Shown piece after piece: positions 22,610-32,883 of a stretch of 64,000 bases of DNA. Each line of letters opens with the position of its first letter. Within the stretch, counting starts at the first letter, position 1. Origin of the DNA: Candidatus Doudnabacteria bacterium (GTDB lineage Bacteria > Patescibacteriota > Doudnabacteria > UBA920 > VMFF01). Under the pieces are notes generated by a model. It was given only the letters and a program-made list of their open reading frames with translations, made no database searches and had not been told where the DNA came from. The DNA lies in NCBI GenBank assembly GCA_028286905.1, contig JAQBQP010000001.1:143114-207113 (forward strand). The letters run 5' to 3'. A program made the translations under genes and the position numbers.

Positions 22610-23590
22610 ATGAAACTAGAACAAATTTACGAACTGAATATTGAGTGCGGCATCAGAAGCGATTTGCGCGGAGTACCCGCTGTAAAAAAACAGCTCGAAC
22701 GCGTTCGAATGCAATACCAAACTTTATCCAAAGAAGCTCAGGCAAATTTTGATACAGAGCTTTTAATCAATCCTTATACCGACTCTCGCTTACTCTATGG
22801 TGACTTGGATACAAATGTAAAAAAAGTTTTAGCTGGCATCGATATGCAAAGCGGTGAAGTTGCGATTGCTGATCGGATAGGCAATATTGATCTAATCATC
22901 GCCCACCATCCCGAAGGAAAATCTTTAGCAAAACTTGATGAACAAATGCATATCCAAGCGGAGATTTTAGCCGCTTATGGAGTACCAATTAACATCGCGC
23001 AAGGCGCGGTCAAGGAAAGAATTGCACAGGTTAGTAGGAAATTGCATGGGGAGAACACGGAACGAGCTGTAGACGCAGCAAGATTATTAGATATCCCCTA
23101 TCTGAACGCACACACTACTTGTGACAATCTTTCTGCATCTTTTATAAAAGATGCTTTGGATAAAGCAAAACCGCAATATGTCAGTGAAATTATGTCGGTG
23201 TTAAAATCTATTCCTGAATACCAGATTGCTGAAAAACAAGGTACCGGTCCAATGATCTTTGCCGGAGCACCTGGAAACTACTGTGGCAAAGTTGTGGTTA
23301 CAGAATTTACTGGTGGAACCAATGGCGCCAAACAAATGTACGAGAGAATGGCACACGCTGGGATTGGAACAATTATCAGCATGCATATTAGCGAGGAGCA
23401 CCGTAAAGAAGCCGAAAGTAACCATCTAAATGTTGTCGTTGCTGGACACATGAGCTCCGACTCGCTGGGCATGAATTTATTTCTAGATGAATTAGAGAAA
23501 CGCGGGGTGGAGATCATTCCAACCTCTGGCTTAATCAGAGTTTCCAGAAACAATTCCAAAAACAAAAAGACTAAAAAACTCCTCAAATAG
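22610..23590 (+). CDS. NIF3-like dinuclear metal protein
   Basis: [24 protein letters not shown]. Confidence 0.8.
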   Translation: MKLEQIYELNIECGIRSDLRGVPAVKKQLERVRMQYQTLSKEAQANFDTELLINPYTDSRLLYGDLDTNVKKVLAGIDMQSGEVAIADRIGNIDLIIAHHPEGKSLAKLDEQMHIQAEILAAYGVPINIAQGAVKERIAQVSRKLHGENTERAVDAARLLDIPYLNAHTTCDNLSASFIKDALDKAKPQYVSEIMSVLKSIPEYQIAEKQGTGPMIFAGAPGNYCGKVVVTEFTGGTNGAKQMYERMAHAGIGTIISMHISEEHRKEAESNHLNVVVAGHMSSDSLGMNLFLDELEKRGVEIIPTSGLIRVSRNNSKNKKTKKLLK

Positions 23591-23630
23591 AGGAGTTTTT
23601 TTATTATTTTCGATCCTGTATACTAAAACC

Positions 23631-24683
23631 ATGATCTCCTCCTCTCAACCAAATCCTGAAATAGAAGCAGCTGAAGAAACCGACGAAGTCCTTTCTCCTT
23701 TGGCAAAAGATAACACTTTAGATTTACAGCTCCGCCCAAAAGAGCTAAGTGATTATGTTGGCCAAGAAAAAGTTAAAGAAAATTTAAACGTGCTGATTAA
23801 AGCTGCGAAGCAGCGCGGGGAAAACCTTGAACACACTTTATTCTACGGGCCTCCTGGTTTAGGTAAAACCACTTTGGCATACATTCTTGCTAACGAGATG
23901 GGTGTGAATATTAAAATCACTTCTGGACCATCAATAGAGCGCGGCGGCGATCTGGCTAGCATTCTTACAAATCTTGCCGAGAATGATATTTTATTTATTG
24001 ACGAAATTCATCGCTTAAATAAAAATGTTGAAGAGATTCTTTACCCGGCAATGGAAGAATTCGCTTTAGATCTAGTGCTTGGTAAAGGACCAGGGGCACG
24101 TTCAATGCGCTTAGCATTACCGAAGTTTACAATTATTGGCGCTACTACCCGAATGGGATTATTATCCGCGCCTTTAAGGGATCGTTTCGGAATGATTCAA
24201 CGCTTAGATTTCTACGAACAAGATGAAATCGAAAAAATTATTAAACGCAGCGCTAGGTTGTTAGAGTTGCACTGTGAAGACGAAGCAATTACAGAATTGG
24301 CAAAGCGTTCCAGATTTACTCCACGTATTTCCAACCGCTTATTGAAACGCGCTCGAGACTTTGCCCAAGTGCATGGCAATGGCAAGTTAACCGTCGAAAC
24401 AGTTCGCAATGCTTTGAACATGATGCAAATTGATGAAGTTGGCTTAGATAAAAACGATCTCCGAATTCTGGAAGCTTTAATAGAAAAGTTTGACGGCGGG
24501 CCGGTTGGATTAAAAACTCTAGCAATGTCTACTTCTGAAGAAGAAGATACAATTACTGATGTTTACGAACCTTATTTGCTACGCTTAGGATTTATTAAAA
24601 GAACTCCCAAAGGCAGGCAGGCAACCGATCTTGCCTACCGACATTTAGGCAAAGCCTCCCCAAAAGGAAATGTTTTGCTATAA
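23631..24683 (+). CDS. ruvB: Holliday junction helicase RuvB
   Basis: [35 protein letters not shown]. Confidence 0.98.
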   Translation: MISSSQPNPEIEAAEETDEVLSPLAKDNTLDLQLRPKELSDYVGQEKVKENLNVLIKAAKQRGENLEHTLFYGPPGLGKTTLAYILANEMGVNIKITSGPSIERGGDLASILTNLAENDILFIDEIHRLNKNVEEILYPAMEEFALDLVLGKGPGARSMRLALPKFTIIGATTRMGLLSAPLRDRFGMIQRLDFYEQDEIEKIIKRSARLLELHCEDEAITELAKRSRFTPRISNRLLKRARDFAQVHGNGKLTVETVRNALNMMQIDEVGLDKNDLRILEALIEKFDGGPVGLKTLAMSTSEEEDTITDVYEPYLLRLGFIKRTPKGRQATDLAYRHLGKASPKGNVLL

Positions 24684-24690
24684 TTAACTT

Positions 24691-24918
24691 ATGCAAAATA
24701 TAAACAGTTTTAATCCGACAAATTTAAATCAGTTAATCATGGGTGTAATTTTTTACGGTTTACTGATCCTGATTACATTTTTTAGCTTTTCTTGCATTTA
24801 TGTTTTAATGAAAAATGGTAGATCCAGAGGTCTGTCTTTTTTTGCAAGCCTTCTTTATTTAATGTTCTTTTTGACCCTAGTATCTCAAGGTGTTAGCCTA
24901 TTAAACCAAATCAAATAA
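24691..24918 (+). CDS. Small two-TM membrane protein
   Basis: Two hydrophobic segments; TGCTATAAT 6 nt before the ATG. Confidence 0.7.
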   Translation: MQNINSFNPTNLNQLIMGVIFYGLLILITFFSFSCIYVLMKNGRSRGLSFFASLLYLMFFLTLVSQGVSLLNQIK

Positions 24919-24919
24919 C

Positions 24920-25450
24920 ATGCATCGACTATTCCCCGGCCAACAAGACGATGAAGAAATTGTTTTAGTTATTCGACAGCACTGGTTTTATTTATCTGCA
25001 AAAATATTATTATGGTTGGTATTTGTCGCGATTTTATTTGTTTTTGATTATTTTACTCCGATGTATATTCCTAGTTTGTTTCAGGGCGGAGCACTACCCT
25101 ATGTAAATTTAATGAAAAATATTTATTTAATGTTTTTGATCTTGGGCTTGTTTATGATTTGGATTATTCATTATTTAAATGTTTGGATTATCACCAACAA
25201 GCGCGTCGTCTGCGTTTTCCAAAAAGGGATATTTGAACAAAGAATCTCAGAACTAACTTTTCCAAACGTTGAAGATATCAGCAGCGACACCAATGGAATA
25301 TTTGGAACTTTTATGTCCTACGGCAACGTTGAAGTAGAAACCGCCGGAGAAAAAGAAAACTTTGTATTTGAAAATGTACCTAAGCCAAAAGATATTGAAC
25401 GATTGATATTTAACTTAATGGATAAACATCCCACTCGCGGAAATGTTTAG
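24920..25450 (+). CDS. Membrane protein with bacterial PH domain
   Basis: Two TM segments, then IITNKRV..YGNVEVETAG..FENVPKP. Confidence 0.8.
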   Translation: MHRLFPGQQDDEEIVLVIRQHWFYLSAKILLWLVFVAILFVFDYFTPMYIPSLFQGGALPYVNLMKNIYLMFLILGLFMIWIIHYLNVWIITNKRVVCVFQKGIFEQRISELTFPNVEDISSDTNGIFGTFMSYGNVEVETAGEKENFVFENVPKPKDIERLIFNLMDKHPTRGNV

Positions 25451-25473
25451 CGAAAATTTAAACTATTAAATAA

Positions 25474-25586
25474 AAAAGACCCACCTGGGGTCCTGCCGAG
25501 GTAGTAATTTCTTATCCGCTGCTCACGGGCTGCAAATTCGCAGCGCCTAAGAAATTCTACACTCGTCACCCCTCGGTGGGTCTTTT
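25474..25586. other. 113-nt imperfect long hairpin between convergent genes
   Basis: Nested arms AAAAGACCCACC/GGTGGGTCTTTT, GGGG/CCCC, CGAG/CTCG, GTAG/CTAC, AATTTCTTA/TAAGAAATT, CGCTGC/GCAGCG. Confidence 0.85.
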
Positions 25587-25596
25587 GATATCTAGC

Positions 25597-25884
25597 TTAA
25601 ATTTCGCAAACGATTCTGTAGACTAATTGTCTGCCTAAGCATGCATTTAAAGCTTCGATCAATCTTTTTTGGTAAAGATTGATTTCATAAGCAAGCTCTC
25701 TCGTTAAACTGGCAATCTTTAAAACTCCTTTTTCAAATGCTAAAGCCATGGTTTTTTGCGCGGCATTTGGCATAAATTCCGAAATTACTTTTTCCCAGAT
25801 CGATAACAGCTGATACTGCTTAACTTTCTCGTCAATCTTATATTTCTTTATTGTGGAATTTAAAGTTTTATTGATTTTCTGCAT
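25597..25884 (-). CDS. DciA/DUF721 family protein
   Basis: WEKVI..GVLKI..EINLYQKRLIEALN pattern; directly after recF. Confidence 0.75.
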   Translation of the reverse strand: MQKINKTLNSTIKKYKIDEKVKQYQLLSIWEKVISEFMPNAAQKTMALAFEKGVLKIASLTRELAYEINLYQKRLIEALNACLGRQLVYRIVCEI

Positions 25885-25899
25885 ATTTATTTTGTTATT

Positions 25900-26976
25900 T
25901 TATTGGTTAACAAGCTGCTTTAGATTAACATGTTGAGCTTCCATTTCAATTGGCACGGTACTAGTGATAAAGGTTTGGAAGCGGCCTTTTAAATATTTTA
26001 GTAGGAAAACTCGACGATCTTCGTCCAATTCCGACAGCACATCGTCCAGCAGAAGTATCGGATGGTCATCACCATTCTTCAAGTATTCTAATTCTAGAAT
26101 TTTTAGCGACAATACTTGAGATCTTAGCTCTCCTCGAGAGGAAAACGGCGCAAGGTACAAACCCTCGCTCTTCAAGGTAAAGTCGTCTCTATGAGGTCCT
26201 ATTAGCGAACTAGCGCTATATATTTCACGCTGTTGATTATCAAATAGTAACTTTTTAAAGTTTGCTAGCGTTTCAATCTTTCCTTGACCGGGAATACTTT
26301 GGTATTCCACCTCGATTGGCCGAGCAAATCCGGATACTGCCGCATAAACTTCAGAGATCGCTTGATTCAGGTAATTTGTATATTCTCTACGGGCTTCAAT
26401 AATCTCTGTTCCAAACAGCGCCATTTGTTCGTTCCAGCTATGTAGTTCGTTCGGGGAGGACTTACCATTTCGAATATTTGCGAGCAGTTGATTTTTTTGA
26501 GTAACAATCTTTTTATAGTTATAAAGATTTTCTAAATAATCTGAACTCTTTTGAGACAGCAACACGTTTAGATATCTGCGGCGTTCTTCTGGAGATTTGT
26601 TCAACAGATCGACATGAGTCGGATCAAATATTACTGCGGCAATATAACTTTCTAATTGCTTTTTAGTTTTTCGAACACCGTCTAATCGGAAGTTCGCAAA
26701 AATCTTACCTCGGTTTTCTAAAAATATTTCGATCGTGTGCTCTCGGCCTTCTTTTTCAATTGTCGCTTTGATTTCCAAATTAAAGGCGCCCTTCAAAAAC
26801 AGATAGTTAGACGCGTCTCTAAATGATTTAAACAAAGAGAGGAAATAGATTGATTCAAGCAGGTTCGTCTTGCCTGTGGCGTTCGGTCCATGGAAGACAA
26901 TTACATCGCTATTGAAGTCCAAATTTAAATCCTGGTGGTTACGAAAATTCTTTAAACTGATGTTCTTTACTTTCAT
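25900..26976 (-). CDS. recF: DNA repair protein RecF
   Basis: NFRNH, GPNATGKTNLLESI, GPHRDD, LLLDDVLSELD. Confidence 0.97.
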   Translation of the reverse strand: MKVKNISLKNFRNHQDLNLDFNSDVIVFHGPNATGKTNLLESIYFLSLFKSFRDASNYLFLKGAFNLEIKATIEKEGREHTIEIFLENRGKIFANFRLDGVRKTKKQLESYIAAVIFDPTHVDLLNKSPEERRRYLNVLLSQKSSDYLENLYNYKKIVTQKNQLLANIRNGKSSPNELHSWNEQMALFGTEIIEARREYTNYLNQAISEVYAAVSGFARPIEVEYQSIPGQGKIETLANFKKLLFDNQQREIYSASSLIGPHRDDFTLKSEGLYLAPFSSRGELRSQVLSLKILELEYLKNGDDHPILLLDDVLSELDEDRRVFLLKYLKGRFQTFITSTVPIEMEAQHVNLKQLVNQ

Positions 26977-26985
26977 TTTTCTCCT

Positions 26986-28080
26986 TTAGATCTTTATCGG
27001 CATAACCAGATAAACATATCCCGGCAGGTCTCGACTCATTAATAGCGCGGGAGAATTTTCATTAATGATTTGGAAGGTTACATTCTTAGTACCAATTGTA
27101 GACAAGCAGTCCAGGATGTATCGGTGGTTGAAAATAATTTTTCCGGACTGACCGGTTACCTTACAAGGAATATTCAACTTACTTTCTCCAAGATCTCCAG
27201 AAGACGAACTGATTGTCAGCTTATCAGGCTCTTCAAACTCCAAAGTTACATTGTTTCCAGTCTGGGTAAAAATTCCAGCGGTACGCATTGCAGTACTTAA
27301 TTGATCTGCAGCCAAATCTATTTCTGTATTAAAGGTTTGCGGTACAATCTGTTTGTAATCTGGGTATTGTCCATCAATTAAACGTGAGGTTAGTTCTGTT
27401 TCTTCGGTCTTAAACATTATTTGGTTTTGACTAAAGAAAATCTGAGCAACATCACTGTCGCCATTTCCCAATATTTTTGCTAGCTCTTGCACGGCTTTGT
27501 TTGGAATAATCAAACTTTTAACGACTGAGTTTTTTATAGTTAAAGCTTTTTCTGCTAATCGATACCGGTCGGTAGCCGCCATCTTTAACAAACCTTCTTC
27601 GAAATTAAACAGTATTCCCGAGATTTCTGGCTGAGTTTCACTGTAAGCTGCTGCAAATGCTGTCTGGCTTATAGCGGTTTTAAGCTCTTTGCTTTTTACC
27701 TCAATTGGATTCTGTTCTTCGATTTGCGGGATCAAAGGAAATTCATCTGGAGCCAAACCCTTAATCTTTGTTTGATAATTACTAGTTTCAATTAACAAAT
27801 GATTGTTTTCAGTTGTTAAAGTAACATTGTCATTTGGTAGATTATTTATTAGATCTACAAATGTTTTTGCTGGTACAGAAATTCCACCCTGTTCGTCTAC
27901 CTTACATCTAATCCAAGTATTAACGCCCATTTCTAAATTAGTTGATGAAAGTTTTAATCCACCTTGGTCGGTCTTAATTAAGACATTATTTAAAACTGGT
28001 AAGGTTGTACTTCCATTAGAAACTCTGGATGTTATTCCTAAACCTCGTTTTAAGTTTTCCTGTGTGCAGATTACTTTCAT
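26986..28080 (-). CDS. dnaN: DNA polymerase III beta clamp
   Basis: ATDRYRLA, RLIDGQYPDY, YLVMPI. Confidence 0.98.
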   Translation of the reverse strand: MKVICTQENLKRGLGITSRVSNGSTTLPVLNNVLIKTDQGGLKLSSTNLEMGVNTWIRCKVDEQGGISVPAKTFVDLINNLPNDNVTLTTENNHLLIETSNYQTKIKGLAPDEFPLIPQIEEQNPIEVKSKELKTAISQTAFAAAYSETQPEISGILFNFEEGLLKMAATDRYRLAEKALTIKNSVVKSLIIPNKAVQELAKILGNGDSDVAQIFFSQNQIMFKTEETELTSRLIDGQYPDYKQIVPQTFNTEIDLAADQLSTAMRTAGIFTQTGNNVTLEFEEPDKLTISSSSGDLGESKLNIPCKVTGQSGKIIFNHRYILDCLSTIGTKNVTFQIINENSPALLMSRDLPGYVYLVMPIKI

Positions 28081-28345
28081 ATTATATTATGTTATTAAAC
28101 TTTAAATATTTAATAGTAGTAGTAAGTGTTGTTAATTTAGTGGATTACTTTCTTTGTTCTGCCAGGTGCTCATTTTTTACGCTTTTTTGTTTGCGCTGTA
28201 AGGGGATATCTGTGTGTACAAGCTGCGTTCATTTTTCAATTTTTTTACTTCCCGCTTAGGCATCGAATGCTTGTCCCCCAGTTATGAACAAGTTAGCGTT
28301 TTATAAACGTGCAACCTTCACTACTCTACCAGCAACTTACCAACA
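28081..28345. other. Putative oriC (dnaA-dnaN spacer)
   Basis: AT-rich tract, TAA-TAG-TAG-TAG-TAA trios at 28111-28125, degenerate DnaA boxes (TGTTGTTAA, AGTGGATTA, TTATGAACA, TTACCAACA). Confidence 0.75.
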
Positions 28346-29689
28346 CTACATGTACAGCTTGTTAACAATTAAATCTAACTCTTGCTTCAATGATTCTTTT
28401 TCAAGCAGCAGTTTAGAGATTTTATCTACCGCATGCATTACGGTGGTGTGGTCTCTTCCGCCAAAATGTTCTCCGATGCTTGGAAAAGAATTTTCTAATT
28501 CCTCGCGCATCAAGTACATTGCAATCTGTCTAGGTTTAACAAATTCTTTACGGCGAGACTGTCTTAGCAAATCATCTAATGTAATATTATAAAAATCGGC
28601 AACGACTTCCATTAATTTTTTAACAGAGATAACTCTTTTCTTCGCAGAAGCGACCCCGACTAATACGGCTTTAACTTGCTCTATAGTTGGACGGGTGTTG
28701 TTTAGTTGGCAATAGACCATTAAACGATTTAAAGCCCCTTCTAGCTCTCTGATATTGCTCTGAATGGTCTCCGCGATATAAGTTAGGACATTAGTATCAA
28801 CGTCATAATTCTTTTCAAGTGCCTTCGCTTTAAGAATTGCTAGTCTTGTTTCAAAATCCGGTGCTTGAATATCAGCAATCATACCCCATTCAAAACGAGA
28901 AACTAATCTTTCTTCAATTGCTGGGATATCTTTGGGTAGGCGATCAGAAGAAAGGATAACTTGTTTATTATTCTGATGCAGAGTATTAAAGGTATGGAAA
29001 AATTCTTCTTGGGTTTGTTCCTTGCCTGCTAAGAACTGAATGTCATCAATCATCAAAACATCGATTCCGCGATACAATTCTTTGAATTGAGCAACACGAC
29101 CTAAGCTTATTGACTGCACAAATTCATTAGTAAATTTTTCACTTGTGACATACATTACTTTTGCGGACGGATTAAATTTTAAAACCTCGTGTCCGATTGC
29201 CTGCATTAAATGAGTTTTGCCCAATCCTACTCCCCCATATAAAAACAAAGGGTTGTAAACCATGCCCGGTTTTTTTGAAACTGCATTACATGCAGCGTAG
29301 GCAAGTTCATTCCCTTTCCCAACGATAAAAGTCTCAAAAGTGTACTTTGGATTTAACCCAGTATTGGTAGTATTTTGTACTACACGGGTTCCTTGGGCAA
29401 CTTTATTTTGCGCTTCGTTTTGCTGAGGCTTTGGGGTTCCAGATGAGGATACGATTTGGTATTTAACTTCTTTAACTTCTGGCGCAATCATTCTTAATGC
29501 TTTAAGAATGTCAGTATTATATTTGTTTTGAAGCCATTCTTTAGTAAATGAGTTCGGTACGCTAACTACAATGTTGTCATCGTTTTTCTCTAAAATAGCT
29601 GTATTTTTGAACCAAGTTGTGAAGTTAGCTTTGCTCAAAGTTACTTCCAAATTACCCAAAATCGCTTGCCAGAGTTGTTGGTTAGTCAT
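28346..29689 (-). CDS. dnaA: Chromosomal replication initiator DnaA
   Basis: YNPLFLYGGVGLGKTHL, DDIQF, GGRDHTTVMHA. Confidence 0.99.
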   Translation of the reverse strand: MTNQQLWQAILGNLEVTLSKANFTTWFKNTAILEKNDDNIVVSVPNSFTKEWLQNKYNTDILKALRMIAPEVKEVKYQIVSSSGTPKPQQNEAQNKVAQGTRVVQNTTNTGLNPKYTFETFIVGKGNELAYAACNAVSKKPGMVYNPLFLYGGVGLGKTHLMQAIGHEVLKFNPSAKVMYVTSEKFTNEFVQSISLGRVAQFKELYRGIDVLMIDDIQFLAGKEQTQEEFFHTFNTLHQNNKQVILSSDRLPKDIPAIEERLVSRFEWGMIADIQAPDFETRLAILKAKALEKNYDVDTNVLTYIAETIQSNIRELEGALNRLMVYCQLNNTRPTIEQVKAVLVGVASAKKRVISVKKLMEVVADFYNITLDDLLRQSRRKEFVKPRQIAMYLMREELENSFPSIGEHFGGRDHTTVMHAVDKISKLLLEKESLKQELDLIVNKLYM

Positions 29690-29920
29690 ATTCAGATTGT
29701 CCCCAATTTCAAAAAGTTTTTATTTACTTAGCTATTCTAACAAGTAGTTATCAACATGTAAAATTAGCGTTTTTGTTGTAAAAACTTCATCAAGTCTTCA
29801 TAAATGTTCATATAGTGTTCATAACTTGAGGACATCTTTTTGCAGCAATTTTACTGCTTGCCAAAAGCTTACTTTTAAGGTACAATCTGAAAGTAATTTT
29901 GAGTATTTAATTTTAAATCA

Positions 29921-30061
29921 ATGAAACGAACGTATCAGCCAAAAGTAAAAAAGCGCGCTCGAAGACACGGTTTTAGAAAGCGCATGCAGACCAAGAGTGG
30001 TCGCAATGTTTTGGCCTCCAGAAGAGCGAAGGGTCGAAAGAAATTAACAGTAGCTGGCTAG
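29921..30061 (+). CDS. rpmH: 50S ribosomal protein L34 (not in ORF track)
   Basis: Manual translation [46 protein letters not shown]. Confidence 0.98.
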   Translation: MKRTYQPKVKKRARRHGFRKRMQTKSGRNVLASRRAKGRKKLTVAG

Positions 30062-30065
30062 CTAA

Positions 30066-30398
30066 ATGTTAAAAAAAACTAATCGAATAAATAAAACCAG
30101 GGATCTTCAAAAGGTTTATCGCAGCGGTAAAACATTGCATACACCTGCCCTGGTTATTAAATTTGTTAGCGGTGCAAAGACCAGAGTGGGTATGGTCGTT
30201 TCGAAGAAGGTTTCCAAAAAAGCCGTTGAACGGAATCGAATTAAGCGCGCACTTCGAGAAAAAATGCGCAACGGTTTGCCTTCCCTGGCACCAGGCGATT
30301 ATATGCTAGTTGCCAAACCAACCGCAGCAAGCTATAAAGGTAAAGAGCTCTCCGATCAGCTTCAGGCTTCATTGGTAAGAGCTGGGTTGTGGAAATAG
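30066..30398 (+). CDS. rnpA: RNase P protein component
   Basis: VSKKVSKKAVERNRIKR; follows rpmH. Confidence 0.96.
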   Translation: MLKKTNRINKTRDLQKVYRSGKTLHTPALVIKFVSGAKTRVGMVVSKKVSKKAVERNRIKRALREKMRNGLPSLAPGDYMLVAKPTAASYKGKELSDQLQASLVRAGLWK

Positions 30399-30468
30399 CA
30401 TAAAAACGATCAATTTTTGGCTAATATAAGCCAATTAAATAAACTAATAGCATTAAAAGCAAATTAAA

Positions 30469-31170
30469 ATGGGAAACTTTTTCTTTCTAATTCTGATCCA
30501 ACCAATCCTAAACCTTTTGGTTTTGATGTACCGTTACATTCCAGATATTGGTGTTGTTATTATCTTGTTAACAATCGTGATTCGATTGTTACTAATGCCT
30601 TCCTTCCACAAATCTTTGAAGGCGCAAAAGAAAATGACCGCCTTGCAACCTTTATTAAACGAGGTAAGAGAAAAACATAAGAATGATAAAGAGAAGCAAG
30701 CTAAAGCAATAATGGATCTTTATAAGGAACAGAAGGTCAGCCCATTCGGTTCGCTGCTTCCCTTGCTTATTCAGTTGCCCTTGCTAATCGCTTTATACAA
30801 AGTATTCATCTTGGGGTTAGGTGGAAAAGATCTTCAACAATATCTCTACCCATTTGTGCATAATCCCGGCACGCTTAATCCATACTTCCTGCATTTCTTA
30901 AACTTGGCAAAACCTAATATTTTTATGGGTATAATTGCTGGCGCGGCTCAATTTATTCAGTCTAAGATGATGATTCCGCCGCCAAGCAAAAGCAATGATG
31001 CTACTGCAAATGCTTTAGCGGTTCAAACAGTATATATTTTGCCGTTGTTAACAGTGTTTATCTCTCTACGGCTACCTGCCGGGTTACCGCTGTACTGGCT
31101 AGTAACAACCTTATTTGCTGTCGGTCAACAATACTATATAATAAAAACTAATAAAGTAGTCACTCAGTAA
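30469..31170 (+). CDS. yidC: Membrane protein insertase YidC (short form)
   Basis: IILLTIVIRLLL, LLIQLP, PAGLPLYW. Confidence 0.95.
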   Translation: MGNFFFLILIQPILNLLVLMYRYIPDIGVVIILLTIVIRLLLMPSFHKSLKAQKKMTALQPLLNEVREKHKNDKEKQAKAIMDLYKEQKVSPFGSLLPLLIQLPLLIALYKVFILGLGGKDLQQYLYPFVHNPGTLNPYFLHFLNLAKPNIFMGIIAGAAQFIQSKMMIPPPSKSNDATANALAVQTVYILPLLTVFISLRLPAGLPLYWLVTTLFAVGQQYYIIKTNKVVTQ

Positions 31171-31173
31171 TTT

Positions 31174-31659
31174 ATGAACGATTTTAACGAACAATCTGAT
31201 AAAAAAGATTTTAGCGAAGAAATCGCCGTTATAATTGAAAGTATATTAAAACAGATGGGTGTTGAGGCACGTGTTAGTATCGAGAAAAATATTAATGGTA
31301 ACAGCTTCAATATTATTTCGCATGACTCTCATCTGCTGATTGGTCAGCGCGGTGCAAACTTATATGCTCTGCAAACCTTGGCGCACAATATGGCGTATAA
31401 GAAGTTTGGGATGATCGACCGCTTCACAGTAGATGTTGATGACTACAAGAAGAAACGAGAATGGTATTTGCGAGAAACGGCTAAAAAGGCTTTGGAACAC
31501 ATGAAAAAAACAGGCAGGCCGGTAATGTTAGAGCCGATGCCCGCACACGATCGCCGAGTAATTCACGCTTTCCTTTCCGCAGACTTTGATTACGAAACCG
31601 AAAGTCGGGGCGAAGAACCTAACCGAAGGATTGTTATAAAACCTAAAGAGAAGATATAA
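31174..31659 (+). CDS. jag: Jag/KhpB (KH plus R3H) RNA-binding protein
   Basis: LIGQRGANLYALQ, LEPMPAHDRRVIH, GEEPNRRIVI. Confidence 0.9.
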   Translation: MNDFNEQSDKKDFSEEIAVIIESILKQMGVEARVSIEKNINGNSFNIISHDSHLLIGQRGANLYALQTLAHNMAYKKFGMIDRFTVDVDDYKKKREWYLRETAKKALEHMKKTGRPVMLEPMPAHDRRVIHAFLSADFDYETESRGEEPNRRIVIKPKEKI

Positions 31660-31722
31660 AAAATCACCGGAAGGTGATTTTTTGTTAACTTCAACGTTGA
31701 GTAATAAGTATATTTTTGGTTT

Positions 31723-32883
31723 TTAAGATTGAAACGCTAGAATTATCCAAAATACTAATGCTAGATCGTTTTTGAGATACGGGTTATCTACCATGCCATG
31801 TGTGAACAAAGCTATTAAGAATAGCGTTGTGCCGATTGCCAATAAGCCTTTTAATCGCATCGAGCGGTATAGTGCAAATAAGCAAATTAATACAAATAAC
31901 AATAAACCAAAGAATCCAGTTTCCACCCAAAAATTTAAAAATATATTATGCGCGAGATTTATTGGTAATTGAGTAGGGTCGGTATTGTACTTGCTAAAGT
32001 TTGCTTCAAATCCTTGAAGACCCTTTCCTAGAACGGGCGAATCCTTAATCATTTTATTTGCAGTGTGCCACAAGGAGTAGCGACTCTCGGTAGACTTATC
32101 TCCGCGATAAGCCAGAATTACGCGATATCTTAAAATTGGAATAGCGTATGCAACCCCAGCAAAAATTATTGCTGCGGCAATCAACGCGATTTTAACCCGT
32201 TTGGTAGCAAAAAATAATATGTAAGCTGCCACGGCTGCCGCAAAACCAAGCCATCCCCCACGGGAAAGACTTGCCACTAATCCAGCAATACTTATTAAGT
32301 AAAAGAGTTTATAGTACCAAGAAAGTTTTCTTTCAAAAACAAAAGGTAATAGAAATGCCAAAAGTGGAGTCAGAAACAATGCAAAACTATTCGGATGTTC
32401 AAAAACACTTAACGCTCTTTTTGGTTCGAGACTGTTTCCCCACCAAGCGTTTGGCAATCCGAACAATGTGAAATACTGGAAGAGGCCGTACAAACCCAAC
32501 CCCGCAATGTACCAAAACATAAACTTAACCATTCTTAGTTTATTCAGCGGACTGGAAAGAATATAGCTTGCTGGCATGTAAATCAAAATTGGTTCTAGAA
32601 ACAAAGCCACAAAAAGCCCTAATCCCCTGGCTTTGTTGGGCGCAACTAAGGCTTCTACAAATCCGACCAACAAAAACAATCCGGCAAAATAAAGCATTAA
32701 TCGCGGTTGGCCTTCAATGTGCTGAGTAAAATCACGCACTGCTTTATTTTTGTAAAGCCAAAATGCAAAAACCAGTAAAAAAGCTAAAGATAAGATCTCT
32801 AGCAGATTTACTGGAATTCCAATGTTAAACCTAATTACGTATGTTGGTGCGCTTACAAACAACAAAGCTAGTAGGTAAAACAT
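31723..32883 (-). CDS. O-antigen ligase/polymerase family membrane protein
   Basis: HPNSFA, SRGGWLG, AHNIFLNFWVETG. Confidence 0.88.
   Translation of the reverse strand: MFYLLALLFVSAPTYVIRFNIGIPVNLLEILSLAFLLVFAFWLYKNKAVRDFTQHIEGQPRLMLYFAGLFLLVGFVEALVAPNKARGLGLFVALFLEPILIYMPASYILSSPLNKLRMVKFMFWYIAGLGLYGLFQYFTLFGLPNAWWGNSLEPKRALSVFEHPNSFALFLTPLLAFLLPFVFERKLSWYYKLFYLISIAGLVASLSRGGWLGFAAAVAAYILFFATKRVKIALIAAAIIFAGVAYAIPILRYRVILAYRGDKSTESRYSLWHTANKMIKDSPVLGKGLQGFEANFSKYNTDPTQLPINLAHNIFLNFWVETGFFGLLLFVLICLFALYRSMRLKGLLAIGTTLFLIALFTHGMVDNPYLKNDLALVFWIILAFQS

Noticed and set aside
25474-25586. SRP (4.5S) RNA
   Set aside because: Size fits, but the CAGG-nnn-GNRA-nnn-AGCAG domain IV motif is not intact on either strand
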